Source: Squalus acanthias
Lineage: Eukaryota
Direction: 5' to 3'
Assembly (NCBI GenBank): GCA_030390025.1
Contig: CM059435.1
Span: forward strand, 94,364,001-94,428,000
DNA length: 64,000 bases
The notes under the pieces were generated by a model that saw nothing but the letters and a program-made list of their open reading frames with translations, made no database searches and was not told the origin of the DNA. Positions 62,221 to 64,000 of the stretch are shown here, one piece after another; positions within the stretch are counted from its first letter, which is position 1, and each line of letters begins with the position of its first letter. The position numbers and the translations under genes were made by a program.

Positions 62221-62635
62221 GGGGAGTGGATGGTGCAATTGGTTACAACAACACAGACCTTTTACCTCTAGGGCCTGTTGTAATTCAGCCCAGGCTGTTG
62301 TGCCCTGTTTCTGTCGCCTATAAGGGTCTTACCTGAATTATCTTACTACAGTCTTGTGCTGTTCCTGGTTGGTCCAAACCCACAGCACAAAACGATCCAG
62401 AATTTGACACAAATTGATACTAAATTAGAAGTCTCCTTCAAAGTGACTAGAAGGTCAACTGCTGTGGGAAATAGAGAAAAAAATCAACTAGATTAGTAGT
62501 AGATGCTGTTCTAAGCTTGGGATTCAGATATTTTGGGCAAAGCAAAGAGACCTTTAGTAAGCATTTGGCCTATGCAGTACTTGACTTGGGATTCCTAGAT
62601 TAAGTGGGAAAAGTAACCTCAGGGCTGACATCCCT
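62221..62635 (+). mobile_element. Near full-length LF-SINE-like relic
   Basis: ccttttacctctagggcctg...attcagcccagg...gttcctggttgg...ccacagcacaaaac...aatttgacacaaattgatac...agtctc...cagggctgaca collinear with recalled LF-SINE consensus. Confidence 0.62.
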
Positions 62636-63878
62636 TGACTTAATTAAGCAAAAAAAAAATCCAAAAAACTAAATTTGAATGAAAAGGAATATTAATGAAC
62701 ATTAAAAAAATGCCGTTCTGAAAATACTTAGAGAAGCACAAAGACTGAATTACCACATGGGGTGCAAAGAGATGCCAGGAGGAGTGCTTTTAAAAGCAGA
62801 GGGGCTTCTATTGGTATTGAGAAGAATAATGGTGAGGAGAAGGAAACCTAAATTTAGTATAGTGTGGGGTCAATGGCAATGCATCAAGAAATTGTATTTC
62901 ACTTTTATCCTAAGACACATTTGTCTCTTGACAGGATTCTCTTCTTAGATATAGAACAAAAGTGTACAAATCATTGGTTGCAGACATATAACAAAGATGA
63001 TGCCTGTGAACACTGGTCAGCATAGACAACCAACCTGTAGCAACCTTTAGTCATCAGCAACCTCCAACCCAACGTATTCACAACAGTTTCCTTCTTGCTG
63101 AATTAGAACTCTAGTCTCCTGAGGGTAAAGGTGACAGTTTAAGTATTGTTTCCCTGCTTTTGGGGCTTACATGAGACATTAATGGAATGCAACAACTAAT
63201 TAAATGCAATCATTTCTGGAGTTAGTCCAATGTTGTTATAATTATTTTGTATTTATAATTATTTTAGAATGTTCAGCATTAAATGCGATGTCATGTTAGT
63301 GATTTTCTAAATTTATACATTTTAAATATTGTCTGCTTTTACATTAGGTGAGAAGCCCAATCTGTTGTTTTGTATAGGGTGGTTTGATGAAAGCTGATTT
63401 TCCAGCATTTACAATAAGCATTGTTAGAAGGACTGGCAGTGGACCAACTACTTAGTACCGCACAACAGGAAATCTCACTCTCGTGCTAGTTTGAGATGGC
63501 ATGTTCAATGTGAAGGAAAATTATTCTCATTGTTTACATGCAGGTGGCATCACTCTTGGGAAATTCAATCATTTAAATGGTGATTTGCTAGTCTCTGTAA
63601 CACTGGTGATTTTTGACAACAAAGACTCAGTCAGTGATGCAGTTCCAGTTATACATTTCAAGGTTTTGTTTTACACTTCTATAAAATTTATTTTTATAAA
63701 TTATTTTGAAAATCAGAATAATATTGTATCGATAATCCTGATAAGCAGTGTTTTTCCTTTTTTTTTCCAAAATAGGTCTGCGTTTCATGTTGATGTATTG
63801 CTAAAACCAGGCAAGAGTTAATAGGATGCATTCCACTAGAAATAGGCAAAGAAATCTTTCCAGGAACAGCAGATATTA

Positions 63879-64000
63879 GGGAAGATTTTCTGAAGTCTGC
63901 GCCCGGGCGCACTGCGAATATTGGCTAATCGGGCTGCTTTATAGTCGTGGCTTTTGACCTGCCCCATTTTATCCAATATTTGCAGCACCCGGGTGATCCA
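63879..64000. mobile_element. Start of a GC-rich TIR element, truncated by window end
   Basis: GGGAAGATTTTC start followed by CpG-rich sequence, like the other Harbinger-type ends. Confidence 0.45.

Noticed and set aside
1-64000. CRISPR array, operons or prokaryotic defence systems
   Set aside because: No regularly spaced direct repeats, no gene-dense regions; sequence is vertebrate repeat-rich non-coding DNA

Overview
Vertebrate non-coding genomic DNA, very probably from a cartilaginous fish (shark), judged from the repeat inventory: CR1 and L2 LINE fragments, Deu-domain SINEs, LF-SINE-like relics and PIF/Harbinger derivatives. I find no convincing host protein-coding gene; the only recognisable peptides are transposon remnants (CR1 reverse transcriptase, a Harbinger Myb/SANT protein, the Harbinger transposase termini). 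The window alternates repeat-rich nests with AT-rich, repeat-poor blocks that look like conserved enhancer sequence and carry strong CTCF motifs. Most notable: (1) a 131-bp element with a perfect 12-bp TSD and an intact minimal hammerhead ribozyme core (3610-3646, minus), plus a second hammerhead-type mini-retroelement family; (2) a deletion series of one PIF/Harbinger family, one copy of which jumped into a young CR1; (3) several nested insertions that give a relative chronology; (4) five short N-runs that look like deliberate masking of unique, probably highly conserved sequence rather than scaffold gaps. Family names come from recalled consensus similarity and need database confirmation.
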